Below are positions 19,379-31,551 of a stretch of 64,000 bases of DNA, one piece after another (the first letter of the stretch is position 1; the number at the start of each line of letters is the position of its first letter). This stretch comes from an uncultured Candidatus Rokubacteria bacterium. GTDB taxonomy: Bacteria > Methylomirabilota > Methylomirabilia > Rokubacteriales > CSP1-6. The stretch spans positions 64,001 through 128,000 of the forward strand of contig CAVVEU010000031.1 in assembly GCA_963747235.1 (NCBI GenBank), read 5' to 3'. The notes below the pieces were generated by a model. It saw nothing but the letters and a program-made list of their open reading frames with translations, was not told where the DNA came from and did no database searches. The position numbers and the translations under genes were made by a program.

Positions 19379-20425
19379 ATGGCTGACGTCAAGAGCGACC
19401 GCCGCCAGGCCCTGGAACTGGCCATCACCGCGATCGACCGCCAGTTCGGCAAGGGCGCCATCATGCGCCTGGGCCAGGGCGGCATCTTCGACGAGATCGC
19501 CGTCATCCCGACCGGAGCGCTCCAGCTCGACGTCGCGCTGGGCATCGGTGGGATTCCCCGCGGCCGGGTGACCGAGATCTACGGGCCGGAGTCGTCCGGC
19601 AAGACCACGCTGGCGCTCCATATCATCGCGGAGGCGCAGCATCTGGGCGGCACCGCCGCCTTCATCGACGCCGAGCACGCGCTCGATCCGAAGTACGCCA
19701 AGAACCTCGGGGTCAACACCGACGAGCTGCTCATCTCCCAGCCCGATACCGGTGAGCAGGCGCTCGAGATCGCCGAGGCCCTCGTGCGCTCCAACGCCGT
19801 GGACGTCATCGTGATCGACTCGGTGGCCGCGCTCGTGCCCCGCGCGGAGCTGGATGGCGACATGGGCGACTCGCTCCCGGGTCTCCAGGCGCGCCTCATG
19901 TCGCAGGCCCTGCGCAAGCTCACCGCCGCCATCTCCCGCTCCGGCGGGGCGGTGATCTTCATCAACCAAATACGTGAAAAGATTGGCGTCATGTTCGGAT
20001 CGCCGGAAACGACCACCGGCGGGCGGGCGCTCAAGTTCTACTCCTCTATACGGCTCGACATCCGGCGGCAGGACACCATCAAGAACGGGACGGAGGCCAT
20101 CGGGGTCCGGACCAAGGTCAAAGTGGTGAAGAACAAGCTTTCTCCGCCCTTCCGGGAGGCCGAATTCGACGTCATCTACGGCGAGGGAATCTCCAAGGAG
20201 GGGTCGGTCCTGGACCTGGCCTCCGAGCACAATGTTGTCGAAAAATCCGGCACTTGGTACACCTATAAGAGTGAGCGGATCGGGCAGGGACGGGAGACCG
20301 CCAAGCGGTACCTGAAGGACAATCCCAAGGTCTTGGCCGACCTGGAAGTCAAAGTCCGCGATGCCCTTGGCCTCAAGCCGGTTGGGGGGGTGTCGCAGCC
20401 GGCGCCGGAGAAGGTGGCCAAGTAG
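19379..20425 (+). CDS. recA: Recombinase RecA
   Basis: [51 protein letters not shown]. Confidence 0.99.
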   Translation: MADVKSDRRQALELAITAIDRQFGKGAIMRLGQGGIFDEIAVIPTGALQLDVALGIGGIPRGRVTEIYGPESSGKTTLALHIIAEAQHLGGTAAFIDAEHALDPKYAKNLGVNTDELLISQPDTGEQALEIAEALVRSNAVDVIVIDSVAALVPRAELDGDMGDSLPGLQARLMSQALRKLTAAISRSGGAVIFINQIREKIGVMFGSPETTTGGRALKFYSSIRLDIRRQDTIKNGTEAIGVRTKVKVVKNKLSPPFREAEFDVIYGEGISKEGSVLDLASEHNVVEKSGTWYTYKSERIGQGRETAKRYLKDNPKVLADLEVKVRDALGLKPVGGVSQPAPEKVAK

Positions 20426-20438
20426 GAGCGGGTAAACC

Positions 20439-21641
20439 ATGGAACTGCAGCAACTGCTGACGGAAACCGCGCAGCGCAAGGCTTCGGACCTGCACTTGAA
20501 GCCGGCCTCGAAGCCGATCCTCCGGATCCATGGTCACCTCGAGGTGCAGGACGACCTGCCGCTGATCACCCGCGAGTTCATCGACGCGATGGCGAAGACC
20601 CTCCTCGGCGAGCGTCGTCTCAACATGTTGATGGAAGGCCGGGAGATGGATCTGGGCTACATGCTGCCCGGGGTCGGCCGGTTCCGCTGCAACCTCTTCC
20701 TCGCCATGGGCGAGGTGCGCGGCGTCTTCCGGCACGTGCCGGAGCGCATCCCCGCCTTCCACGAGCTGCATCTGCCCAAGGTCCTCGAGCGCCTCTCGAT
20801 GGAGCGCCGCGGGATGATCCTGGTGACCGGCATCACCGGCTCCGGCAAGTCCACCAGCCTTGCGTCCATGATCGACTTCATGAACCGGAGCCGGAACGAC
20901 CATATCGTCACGATCGAGGACCCGATCGAGTTCGTGCACCAGGACAAGAAGTGCGTGATGAGCCAGCGCGAGATCGGTCACGATTCGGTGAACTTCGCCC
21001 AGGCCCTGCGCGCCGCCCTCCGCGAAGACCCCGACATCATGCTGGTCGGTGAGCTGCGCGACGTGGAGACCATGGAAGTGGGCCTGCACGCGGCGGAGAC
21101 CGGTCACCTCGTGCTCTCCACGCTCCACACCCTGAACGCGGCGGAGACCATCAACCGGATGATCTCCATGTTCCCGCCGCACCAGGAAGACCAGATCCGG
21201 GGTCAGCTCGCCTCGGTCATCCAGGGCATCGTCTCGCAGCGCCTCGTGGTGCGCGCCGACGGCCGCGGCCGCGTGCCCGCGGTCGAGGTCATGATCGCGA
21301 CCGGCCTCATCCGCGACTGCATCCGCGAGGCCGACAAGACGCCGCAGATCCCGAGCGTCATCGCGGCGGGCACGGCCCAGTACGGCATGCAGACCTTCGA
21401 CCAGTCGCTGCTGCAGCTCTATCGCGAGGAGCTGGTCACGTACGAAACCGCCCGCGACGCGGCGACGAACCCGGACGACTTCGATCTCAAGATCAAGGGC
21501 ATCTTCTCCACCGGAGAGATGACCTGGGAGCATCCGGGCGGCAGCAACACCGCCTCGACCGCGGCGCCCATGCAGCCGGGCATGGCCGCCCCCACGCCGG
21601 TCGCCGCCGCGCGCAGCCCCTTCGGGAAGAAAGCGGGGTAA
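20439..21641 (+). CDS. pilT: PilT/PilU family type IV pilus ATPase
   Basis: ASDLHL, GITGSGKST, TIEDPIE, ALREDPD, GELRD, AETGHLV.STLHT, GMQTFDQ. Confidence 0.93.
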   Translation: MELQQLLTETAQRKASDLHLKPASKPILRIHGHLEVQDDLPLITREFIDAMAKTLLGERRLNMLMEGREMDLGYMLPGVGRFRCNLFLAMGEVRGVFRHVPERIPAFHELHLPKVLERLSMERRGMILVTGITGSGKSTSLASMIDFMNRSRNDHIVTIEDPIEFVHQDKKCVMSQREIGHDSVNFAQALRAALREDPDIMLVGELRDVETMEVGLHAAETGHLVLSTLHTLNAAETINRMISMFPPHQEDQIRGQLASVIQGIVSQRLVVRADGRGRVPAVEVMIATGLIRDCIREADKTPQIPSVIAAGTAQYGMQTFDQSLLQLYREELVTYETARDAATNPDDFDLKIKGIFSTGEMTWEHPGGSNTASTAAPMQPGMAAPTPVAAARSPFGKKAG

Positions 21642-21704
21642 CACTGCCGCCGCCCGCACCGGACGCTGGACGCGAAGGCCGCCAAGCTGGCGGCCTTCGA
21701 CCTT

Positions 21705-22169
21705 TTGGCCCGCAAGTCCTGGAGCGGCCGCGAGCTGACCCACCGCCTCCGGCGCCGGGGCGCCCCCGCCGAGGTCGCGCAGGCGGTGGTCGCCGATCTC
21801 ATCGACCGCGGCTACGTGGACGACCAGGCCTTCGCCCGCTGGTGGGCCGAGGCGCGTGCCCGCGGGCGCCGGGTCGGCAGCCACCGCCTGCGACAGGAGC
21901 TCTTGGCCAAGGGGATCCCGCGGGCCATGGCCGAAGCCGCGATCACCGCCGCCTTCGAGGAGGTCGGCGAGTCCGACCGCGCGCTCGAGGCGGGGCGGCG
22001 CCGGCTGCCCGCCCTGCTGCGCGGCCAGGCCGGCCGGGCGCCCGCCCGCCTGGCCGACTACCTCCTGCGCCGCGGCTATCCGGCCGCGACGGTGCGCCAC
22101 GCGGTGCGGGTGCTGCTGGCCGAGCGGGGGGCCGACCTCTCCGGCATCGAGGAAGACGGCGGCGCATAA
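21705..22169 (+). CDS. recX: Regulatory protein RecX (true start probably a little upstream)
   Basis: L.R...S..EL...L.RRG, GYVDD..FA, LRQEL..KGI, YL.RRGY; located between recA and alaS. Confidence 0.85.
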   Translation: MARKSWSGRELTHRLRRRGAPAEVAQAVVADLIDRGYVDDQAFARWWAEARARGRRVGSHRLRQELLAKGIPRAMAEAAITAAFEEVGESDRALEAGRRRLPALLRGQAGRAPARLADYLLRRGYPAATVRHAVRVLLAERGADLSGIEEDGGA

Positions 22170-22205
22170 TTCCGGGCGTGATTCCGGGCGTATAATACCG
22201 GTCTT

Positions 22206-24903
<2,698 letters not shown>

Positions 24904-24920
24904 CCCGAGGTTATCCGCAC

Positions 24921-26939
24921 ATGGCCACCATCCGCACCATGTGCCCGATGAACTGCCATCCCACCCTCTGCGGGATGCTCGTCACCGTCGAGGACGGGCG
25001 GCTCGTCGAGGTCGCGGGAGACCCGGACAATCCCGACAGCCGCGGCTTCCTCTGCGTGCGCGGCCACGCCTCGCGCGAGATCATCGGCAACCCGCAGCGC
25101 CTGCTGACCCCGCTCGCGCGCGACCGTCGCGACGCGCCGTTCCGCGAGGTGACGTGGGACGCGGCGCTCGATCGCATCGCTTCGGGCATGCGGTCGGTCG
25201 GGCGCGAGGCGGTCGGGCTCTGGTCGGGACACGGGTTCTTCGCCAACAACTACGGCACCCGCGTCAACTCGGAGCTGCTCCGGCGCTTCGCCAATCTCTG
25301 GGGCTGCCAGTGGTGGGCGCCCACCATGATCTGCTGGGGCCTCGGCGGCTTCGGGATCGGACTCACCGGCCCGCTCGAGACCAATACCAAGGAGGACATG
25401 GGCGCGCACGCGCAGCTCATCCTGCTCTGGGGCGCCAATCTCGCGAGCCAGCCGAACACCGCCCCGCACCTGGTCGCGGCGCGGCGCCGGGGGGCCCACG
25501 TGGTCACCATCGACGTGCGCCGCACCGAGGCGGCCGCGCAGTCGGACGAGGTGCTGATCATCCGGCCCGGCACCGACGCCGCGCTGGCCCTCGGCATGAT
25601 GCACGTGCTGATCGCGGAGGATCTCTGCGATCGCGAGTTCGTCGCGCGGCACACCATCGGGTTCGAAGCGCTCGCCGCGCACGTGCGGCGACATTCGCCC
25701 GCGTGGGCCGCCGCGGTCACCGGCCTCGACGAGGCGGTCATCGTGGGCCTCGCGCGCCGGTACGCGGCGACGCGGCCGGCCATGATCGTGCTGGGCGGCA
25801 GCAGCATGCACAAGGGCGCCAACGGCTGGCAGGGCGCGCGCGCGGTGGCGTGCCTGCCCGCGCTCACCGGCAACCTGGGCATCGCGGGCGGCGGCCTGGG
25901 CCCGCGCCACGGCAGCAAGGGGCACGGCTTCGGCCTCACCGACATCGCGCTGGCCGAGCGGCGACCGCCCGGCGACTACGTGCCCAACCAGATGCCGCGC
26001 ATCACCGAGGCGCTCGAGGCCGGCCGGGTGCGCGCGCTGCTGCTCTTCGGCACCGACATGCTGTCGTCGTTCGCGGACAGCGCCCGGGTCGAGGCCGCGC
26101 TCGCGCGCCAGGAGCTGATCGTCAGCCACGAGCTCTTCTGGAACGACACCGCGCGCCGCTTCGCGGATGTCGTGTTGCCCGGCACGTCGTGGCTCGAGGA
26201 GCTCGGCTGCAAGGCGACCAACACGCATCTCTACCTGATGGAGCCGGCCCTGCCGCCCGCCGGGCAGACGCGCACCGGCGCGTGGGTGCTGCAGGAGCTC
26301 GCGCGGCGCCTCGGGGTCGCCGATTTCTACCCGTGGGCGGACGCGGCGGGGCCCATCGACGCGATCCTCGATCACCCCGCGACCGGGCACGCCACCGTGG
26401 CGGCCCTGCGCGCGGAGGGCGGCCTGCGCGCGCTCCGCGTCTCGCACGTGGGCCATCCGGATCTGGTATTTCCGACTCCTTCCGGGAAGGTGGAGCTCTA
26501 CTCGGCGCGCGCGGAGAGCCTGGGCCTGGCGCCGCTGCCGGTGCACGAGGACCTGCCCGCCTCACGCTTCCCGCTCGTGCTCCGCCAGGGGCGGACCCTG
26601 GCGCACTTCCACGGTTTCTACGATCACGGCCGCGCGCTGCCGTCGCTGGCCGCGCTCGAGCCCGAGCCGGTGCTCTGGCTGTCGCCCGCCGACGCGGCCG
26701 CGCGCGCGGTGGCGGACGGCGCCGCGGTGCGCGTGTTCAACGAGCGCGGCGAGATGCGCGCCCGCGCCCGGGTGACGGACCGCGTGCCCGCGCGCACCGT
26801 GTGGATGCGCGACGGCTGGGAGGGGCTCAACCGGCTCACCTCGGGGGACGCGTGCATCCCGGACGCCGCGGTGGACGTGTTCGGATTCTCGGCGGGCCAG
26901 GCCGCGTTCGACGCGGCGGTGGAGGTCGCGCCTGTCTGA
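24921..26939 (+). CDS. Molybdopterin (Mo/W-bisPGD) oxidoreductase, DMSO reductase family, uncharacterised
   Basis: N-terminal CPMNCHPTLC..C Fe-S motif, WD.ALD, IRPGTD.AL, ADVVLP, C-terminal V.V.N.RG binding domain; no Tat signal seen. Confidence 0.9.
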   Translation: MATIRTMCPMNCHPTLCGMLVTVEDGRLVEVAGDPDNPDSRGFLCVRGHASREIIGNPQRLLTPLARDRRDAPFREVTWDAALDRIASGMRSVGREAVGLWSGHGFFANNYGTRVNSELLRRFANLWGCQWWAPTMICWGLGGFGIGLTGPLETNTKEDMGAHAQLILLWGANLASQPNTAPHLVAARRRGAHVVTIDVRRTEAAAQSDEVLIIRPGTDAALALGMMHVLIAEDLCDREFVARHTIGFEALAAHVRRHSPAWAAAVTGLDEAVIVGLARRYAATRPAMIVLGGSSMHKGANGWQGARAVACLPALTGNLGIAGGGLGPRHGSKGHGFGLTDIALAERRPPGDYVPNQMPRITEALEAGRVRALLLFGTDMLSSFADSARVEAALARQELIVSHELFWNDTARRFADVVLPGTSWLEELGCKATNTHLYLMEPALPPAGQTRTGAWVLQELARRLGVADFYPWADAAGPIDAILDHPATGHATVAALRAEGGLRALRVSHVGHPDLVFPTPSGKVELYSARAESLGLAPLPVHEDLPASRFPLVLRQGRTLAHFHGFYDHGRALPSLAALEPEPVLWLSPADAAARAVADGAAVRVFNERGEMRARARVTDRVPARTVWMRDGWEGLNRLTSGDACIPDAAVDVFGFSAGQAAFDAAVEVAPV

Positions 26940-27618
26940 GCGTCCCGCGGCCGCGCTGCTCTTCGACTTCGGGGGCACACTCGACGCCGACGGGGTGACG
27001 TGGAAGGAGCGATTCTTCGCCCTCTGGCGCGCCGAGGGCGCGGCGGATCGCGCCGAGGCCTTCGATCCCGTCTTCTACCGCGCCGACGACGCGCTCGTGG
27101 ACGCGATCCCGGTCACGCTCTCGTTCGAGGAGACGGTGCGGCGCCTCACCGCGAGCATCGCGGCCGGCCTCGCGGTGCGCGACGAGCGGGTGATCGCGCG
27201 CGTCGGCGACCGCTTCCTCGACGACGCCCACCGCCATCTGCGACGCAACCAGGCGCTCCTCGCGCGGCTCGGCGCGCGCTACCGGCTCGGGCTCGTGTCC
27301 AACTTCTACGGGAACCTCGAAACCGTGTGTCATAATACGGCGATCCTGTCTCTCTTCGGCGTCATCGTCGACTCCGTGCGGGCCGGATTCTCCAAGCCGG
27401 ATCCGCGCATCTTCATGCGGGCGCTGGACGGGCTCGGGGTGGCCCCGATCGACGCCACGTTCGTGGGCGATTCGGCGGCCCGGGACATGGCGGGCGCGCG
27501 GGCCCTCGGCATGCGGCACATCTGGCTGATCGCCGACCCGCCGCCGCCCGGCGGGCCGTGCTGCCCCGGCGACGCGATGATCCATTCACTGACGGACGTG
27601 GAGGCCCTGCTGCTCTGA
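26932..27618 (+). CDS. HAD superfamily hydrolase
   Basis: In-frame motif I FDFGGTLD upstream of the called GTG, VSN, KPDPRIF, VGDS..RD..GA; probable CTG start after GGAGG. Confidence 0.88.
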   Translation: MSERPAAALLFDFGGTLDADGVTWKERFFALWRAEGAADRAEAFDPVFYRADDALVDAIPVTLSFEETVRRLTASIAAGLAVRDERVIARVGDRFLDDAHRHLRRNQALLARLGARYRLGLVSNFYGNLETVCHNTAILSLFGVIVDSVRAGFSKPDPRIFMRALDGLGVAPIDATFVGDSAARDMAGARALGMRHIWLIADPPPPGGPCCPGDAMIHSLTDVEALLL

Positions 27619-28322
27619 TGGCGGATTCGGTGCGAGGCGCGATCATCGCGGCCGGCGAGGGCAGCCGCCTGCGCGCGGACGGCTACCGGGTGCCGAAGCC
27701 CATGGTGGAGGTGGCCGGGGTGCCCCTGATCGGCGCGGTGTTGCGCAATTTCACGACCGCCGGGATCACCGCGATCACCATCATCTTGAACGAGCAGGAG
27801 CGGGAGTGCGTCGAATGGGTCCGGACGCGGTTCCCCGCGCTCGAGCTCGACTTCATCGTCAAGACCACCGCGTCCTCGCTCGAGAGCTTCCGGGAGGTGA
27901 CCGGCCGCGGGCCCGCCGGGCCGATGCTCGTGTCCACGGTGGACGCGTGGTGCGCGGCGGAGGACTTCGCGCGCTTCGCGGCGGCGGCGGCTTCCCGGCC
28001 GGACGACGCGACGGTGCTCGCGGTCACCCCGTTCGTCTCGGACGAGAAGCCGCTGTGGGTGACGCTGGGGGCGGGCGGGCGCGTGGAGGGCCTCGGTACG
28101 GTGGATAGCGGTCTGGTCACCGCGGGGGTGTATCGTGTCTCAGATCGGGCGCGGCGGCTCGCGCCCACGCGGGAGCTCGGGCGGCTGCGCGAGTACCTGG
28201 GGTGGCTGCACGAGAGCGGCGAGCCGCTCTACGGGGAGATCATCGAGACGGTGGTGGACGTGGACCGGGCACTGGATGTGGCCAGCGCGGAGGCGCTGGC
28301 GCGAGGAGCGCGACGCACATGA
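27618..28322 (+). CDS. Nucleotidyltransferase (NTP_transferase family)
   Basis: AIIAAGEGSRL..PKPM, C-terminal DVD...D. Confidence 0.88.
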   Translation: MADSVRGAIIAAGEGSRLRADGYRVPKPMVEVAGVPLIGAVLRNFTTAGITAITIILNEQERECVEWVRTRFPALELDFIVKTTASSLESFREVTGRGPAGPMLVSTVDAWCAAEDFARFAAAAASRPDDATVLAVTPFVSDEKPLWVTLGAGGRVEGLGTVDSGLVTAGVYRVSDRARRLAPTRELGRLREYLGWLHESGEPLYGEIIETVVDVDRALDVASAEALARGARRT

Positions 28323-29195
28323 GCGCGAGGAGGACGGGGGTGGCGGATCTGACATGCTGGGGACTCTTTCGCGAGCGCGAGCACTCGCCCGGCCGGGAGA
28401 GCGACGACGCGGAGATCCTGCGACTGACCGGCAAGCACCTGGAGACGTACGGCGTCCAGGTGGACCTCCGGGCCCCCGAGGACCTCGTCGCCACCGAGGT
28501 GCCGCCCGACGGCGTGTTCTTCATGTGCGAGCGCATGGAAGCGCTCGGCACGCTGCTCGCCTGGCAGGAGCGGGGCGTGCGCCTCGTCAACTCGCCGCTG
28601 GCCGTGCTCAACACCTATCGCGAGCGGATGATCGCGCAGCTCCGCGAGGCCAACGTGGCCTTCGTGCCGAGCCGGCTCGTGACCACGAGCGACGCGGACG
28701 TCGCGACCGCGGCTGCCGGTCTGGGTCAAGCGCGCCGACGTGCACAACACGCAGGACGGTGACGTGGTCTTCGCGGAGACGGAGGCCGCCGTCGCGGCCG
28801 CGCTCGCCGGCCTCGCGGCCCGCGGCATCGAGGGCGCGGTGCTGCAGCCGCACGTGGCCGGCGACCTCGTCAAGTTCTACGGTGTCGGCCCCGGCGGCGG
28901 CGGGCCGGACGGTGGGCCGCCCTGGTTCCGCTGGTTCTACCACAAGGATCAGCACCTGTCCGGCCACGCCTTCGACGCGGGCCGGCTCGCGCGCCTGGTG
29001 CGCGAGGCCGCCACCGCGCTCGGCCTCGAGATCTACGGGGGCGACGCCATCGCCTCCGCGGACGGTGGGCTCCAGCTCCTCGATCTCAACGCGTGGCCCA
29101 GCTTCGCGCTCTACCGCGACGAGGCCGCGCCGGTGATCGCGTCGTACCTGGCCCTGCGCTTCGGCGCCCGCCGGGCCGCCGGAGGCGGGCGGTGA
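28319..29195 (+). CDS. ATP-grasp fold protein, frameshift near 28710
   Basis: VNS..V, after the shift VWVKRADVH, LQPHVAGDLVKFY, YGGD, DLNAWPSF (ATP-grasp D-x-N-x-x-P ending). Confidence 0.72.
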
Positions 29196-30521
29196 GCGAG
29201 CCGCGCGAGCCCGGGCCCCGGTCGCGGGAGATCGTGGCGCGCGAGGCGCGCCACATCGCGCCCGGCTACCAGTCCTTCGCGCTCTACTCGGGGCTGGCCA
29301 TGGCGCGCGGCAGCGGCGCGACGCTCTGGGACGAGGACGGCAACGAGTACATCGACTTCATCGCGGGCATCGCGGTGGGGAGCATCGGGCACTGCCACCC
29401 GCACTACGTCGAGGCCCTGAAGCGCCAGGCCGAGCGGCTGACCTTCGGCAGCTTCACCACCGAGACCCGCGCGCGCTTCCTCGAGCTGCTGGCCTCCGTC
29501 ACCCCCGAGGGCCTCACGCGCATCCAGCTCTTCTCGGGCGGCGCGGAGGCGGTGGAGGCCGGCCTGCGCCTGGCCAAGGCCGCGACCGGGCGGCAGGAGG
29601 TCATCGGGTTCTGGGGCGGCTTCCACGGCAAGACCGGCGGCGTGCTGGGCCTGCTCGGCAGCGACTTCAAGCATCACCAGGGTCCGTTCCTGCCCGGCCA
29701 GCACTCGACGCCCTACGCGGACTGCTACCGCTGCCCGCTCAAGCTCCGCTATCCGGACTGCGGCATCGCGTGCGCGGAGTACGTCCGCGACGTCATCCGC
29801 TACCAGACCGCGGGCGAGATCGCCGCGATCATCGTGGAGCCGATCCAGGGCACCGCGGGGAACATCATCCCGCCCGACGGCTTCCTGCGGGCGATCCAGT
29901 CGGTGGCCCGCGATCACGGGGCGCTGCTCTTCGCCGACGAGATGATCACCGGGTTCGGCCGCACCGGCTCGATGTGGGGCACCGACCACGAGGGCGTCGT
30001 GCCCGACATCATGACGGTGGGCAAGGGCGTGGGCGGCGGCTTCCCGCTGGCCGGCGTGGTCTCCACCGAGAAGCTGGTCGCGCGCCAAGCCCTGGTCCAA
30101 TCCGAGCTTCAGCTCGTCGAGCTACGGCGGCAATCCGCTCGCCTCGGCGGCGGGGCTCGCCGCGCTCGAGATCATCCTGAAGGAAGACCTCGTCGAGCAG
30201 TCCAATCGCGTCGGCGCGGTCATGCTCACCGAGCTCCAGCGCCTGAAGGAGAAGTACCGCACGGTGGGCGAGGTGCGCGGCCGCGGGCTGCTGCTCGGCA
30301 TCGAGCTGGTCGAGGACCGTCAGAGCCGCAAGCCGCTCGACAAGTCCATCACCCGCGACCTCTACCTGGAGTGCCTGCGGCGCGGCCTCGTGGCGATGAC
30401 CTACTCGCCGACCATCCGGCTCAACCCGCCGCTCGTCATCACCGAGGAGACGGCGCGGGCCGGCCTCGCGATCCTGGACGAAGCGCTCGGAGTGACGCTC
30501 AAGCGCCATGGGCGAGACTAG
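29192..30521 (+). CDS. Class III PLP aminotransferase, frameshift near 30085
   Basis: DEDGNEYIDF, GHCHP, SGGAEAVE, FHG, EPIQG, DEMITGFGRTG, PDIMTVGKG, VRGRGLL. Confidence 0.92.
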
Positions 30522-31551
30522 GAGACTCCGGGGCGCGGTCATCGGCCTCGGCAACGTGGCGGTGCACGGCCACCTGCCGGGCTGGCGGCAGCGGGCCGAC
30601 GCGGTCATCGTGGCCGCCACCGATCTCCACCCGGCGCGGCAGGCCGAGTGCCGGGCCGCCCTGCCCGGGGCGCGCTGGCACGACTCGATCGAGTCCCTGC
30701 TGGCCGCCGACGATCTCGACTTCGTGGACGTGTGCACGCCTCCGTCGAGCCACGCGGCCCTCATCGAGGCCGCGCTCGCCCGCGGGCTGCACGTGCTCTG
30801 CGAGAAGCCCCTGGTGGCCTCCCTCGCCGAGCTCGAGCGCCTGGCCGGGCTCGCGCGCGCCGCGCGCGCCGTGCTCCACACCGTGCACAACTGGCACCAG
30901 GCGCCCCTCGTGCGCGCCACCGACGCCCTCATCCGCGAGGGCCGCATCGGAGCGGTGCGCGAAGTGGTCTGGCGGACGCTGCGCACCCAGCCGGCCGCCG
31001 CGGCGGGCGGGGATAGCTGGCGGGTGGATCCGGCGATCGCGGGCGGCGGCGTGCTGACCGACCACGGCTGGCACGTCTCCTACGTCGTCCCGCGCTGGGT
31101 GGGCGCCCCGCCGGACGCGGTGAGCGCGCGGCTCGAGACGCGCCGGCACCATCGCTTCGCGGTCGAGGACACCGCGACGGTGCGCCTGCAGTTCCCCGAC
31201 GCGGTGGCCGACATCGTGCTGACGTGGGCCGCCGAGACGCGCGAGAACCAGGCGCACGTGATCGGGACCGCGGGGCGCATCGACATCGAGGACGACACGG
31301 TGGTCCTCCGTACGGACGGGCGCGAGGAGCGCCACCGGCGGCCGCCCGCACTGTCCGACGGGTCCCAGCATCCGGACTGGTTCGGGCCCGTCACCGACGA
31401 GTTCATCGCCCGCGTGCTCGGCCAGGACCCGAGCAGCCGCAATCTGGACGAGGCGGCGGTGTGCATCGCGGTGGAGTGCGGCGCTCGCGAGTCGAGCCGC
31501 CGCGGCGGCGTGCTGTTCCCCCTGGCCGCGCGAGTCGGGACGGCCGGGTGA
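30508..31551 (+). CDS. Gfo/Idh/MocA NAD(P)-dependent oxidoreductase
   Basis: IGLGNVA..H, CTP...H, HVLCEKP, GGGVL.D.G.H, VED.A. Confidence 0.9.
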   Translation: MGETRRLRGAVIGLGNVAVHGHLPGWRQRADAVIVAATDLHPARQAECRAALPGARWHDSIESLLAADDLDFVDVCTPPSSHAALIEAALARGLHVLCEKPLVASLAELERLAGLARAARAVLHTVHNWHQAPLVRATDALIREGRIGAVREVVWRTLRTQPAAAAGGDSWRVDPAIAGGGVLTDHGWHVSYVVPRWVGAPPDAVSARLETRRHHRFAVEDTATVRLQFPDAVADIVLTWAAETRENQAHVIGTAGRIDIEDDTVVLRTDGREERHRRPPALSDGSQHPDWFGPVTDEFIARVLGQDPSSRNLDEAAVCIAVECGARESSRRGGVLFPLAARVGTAG

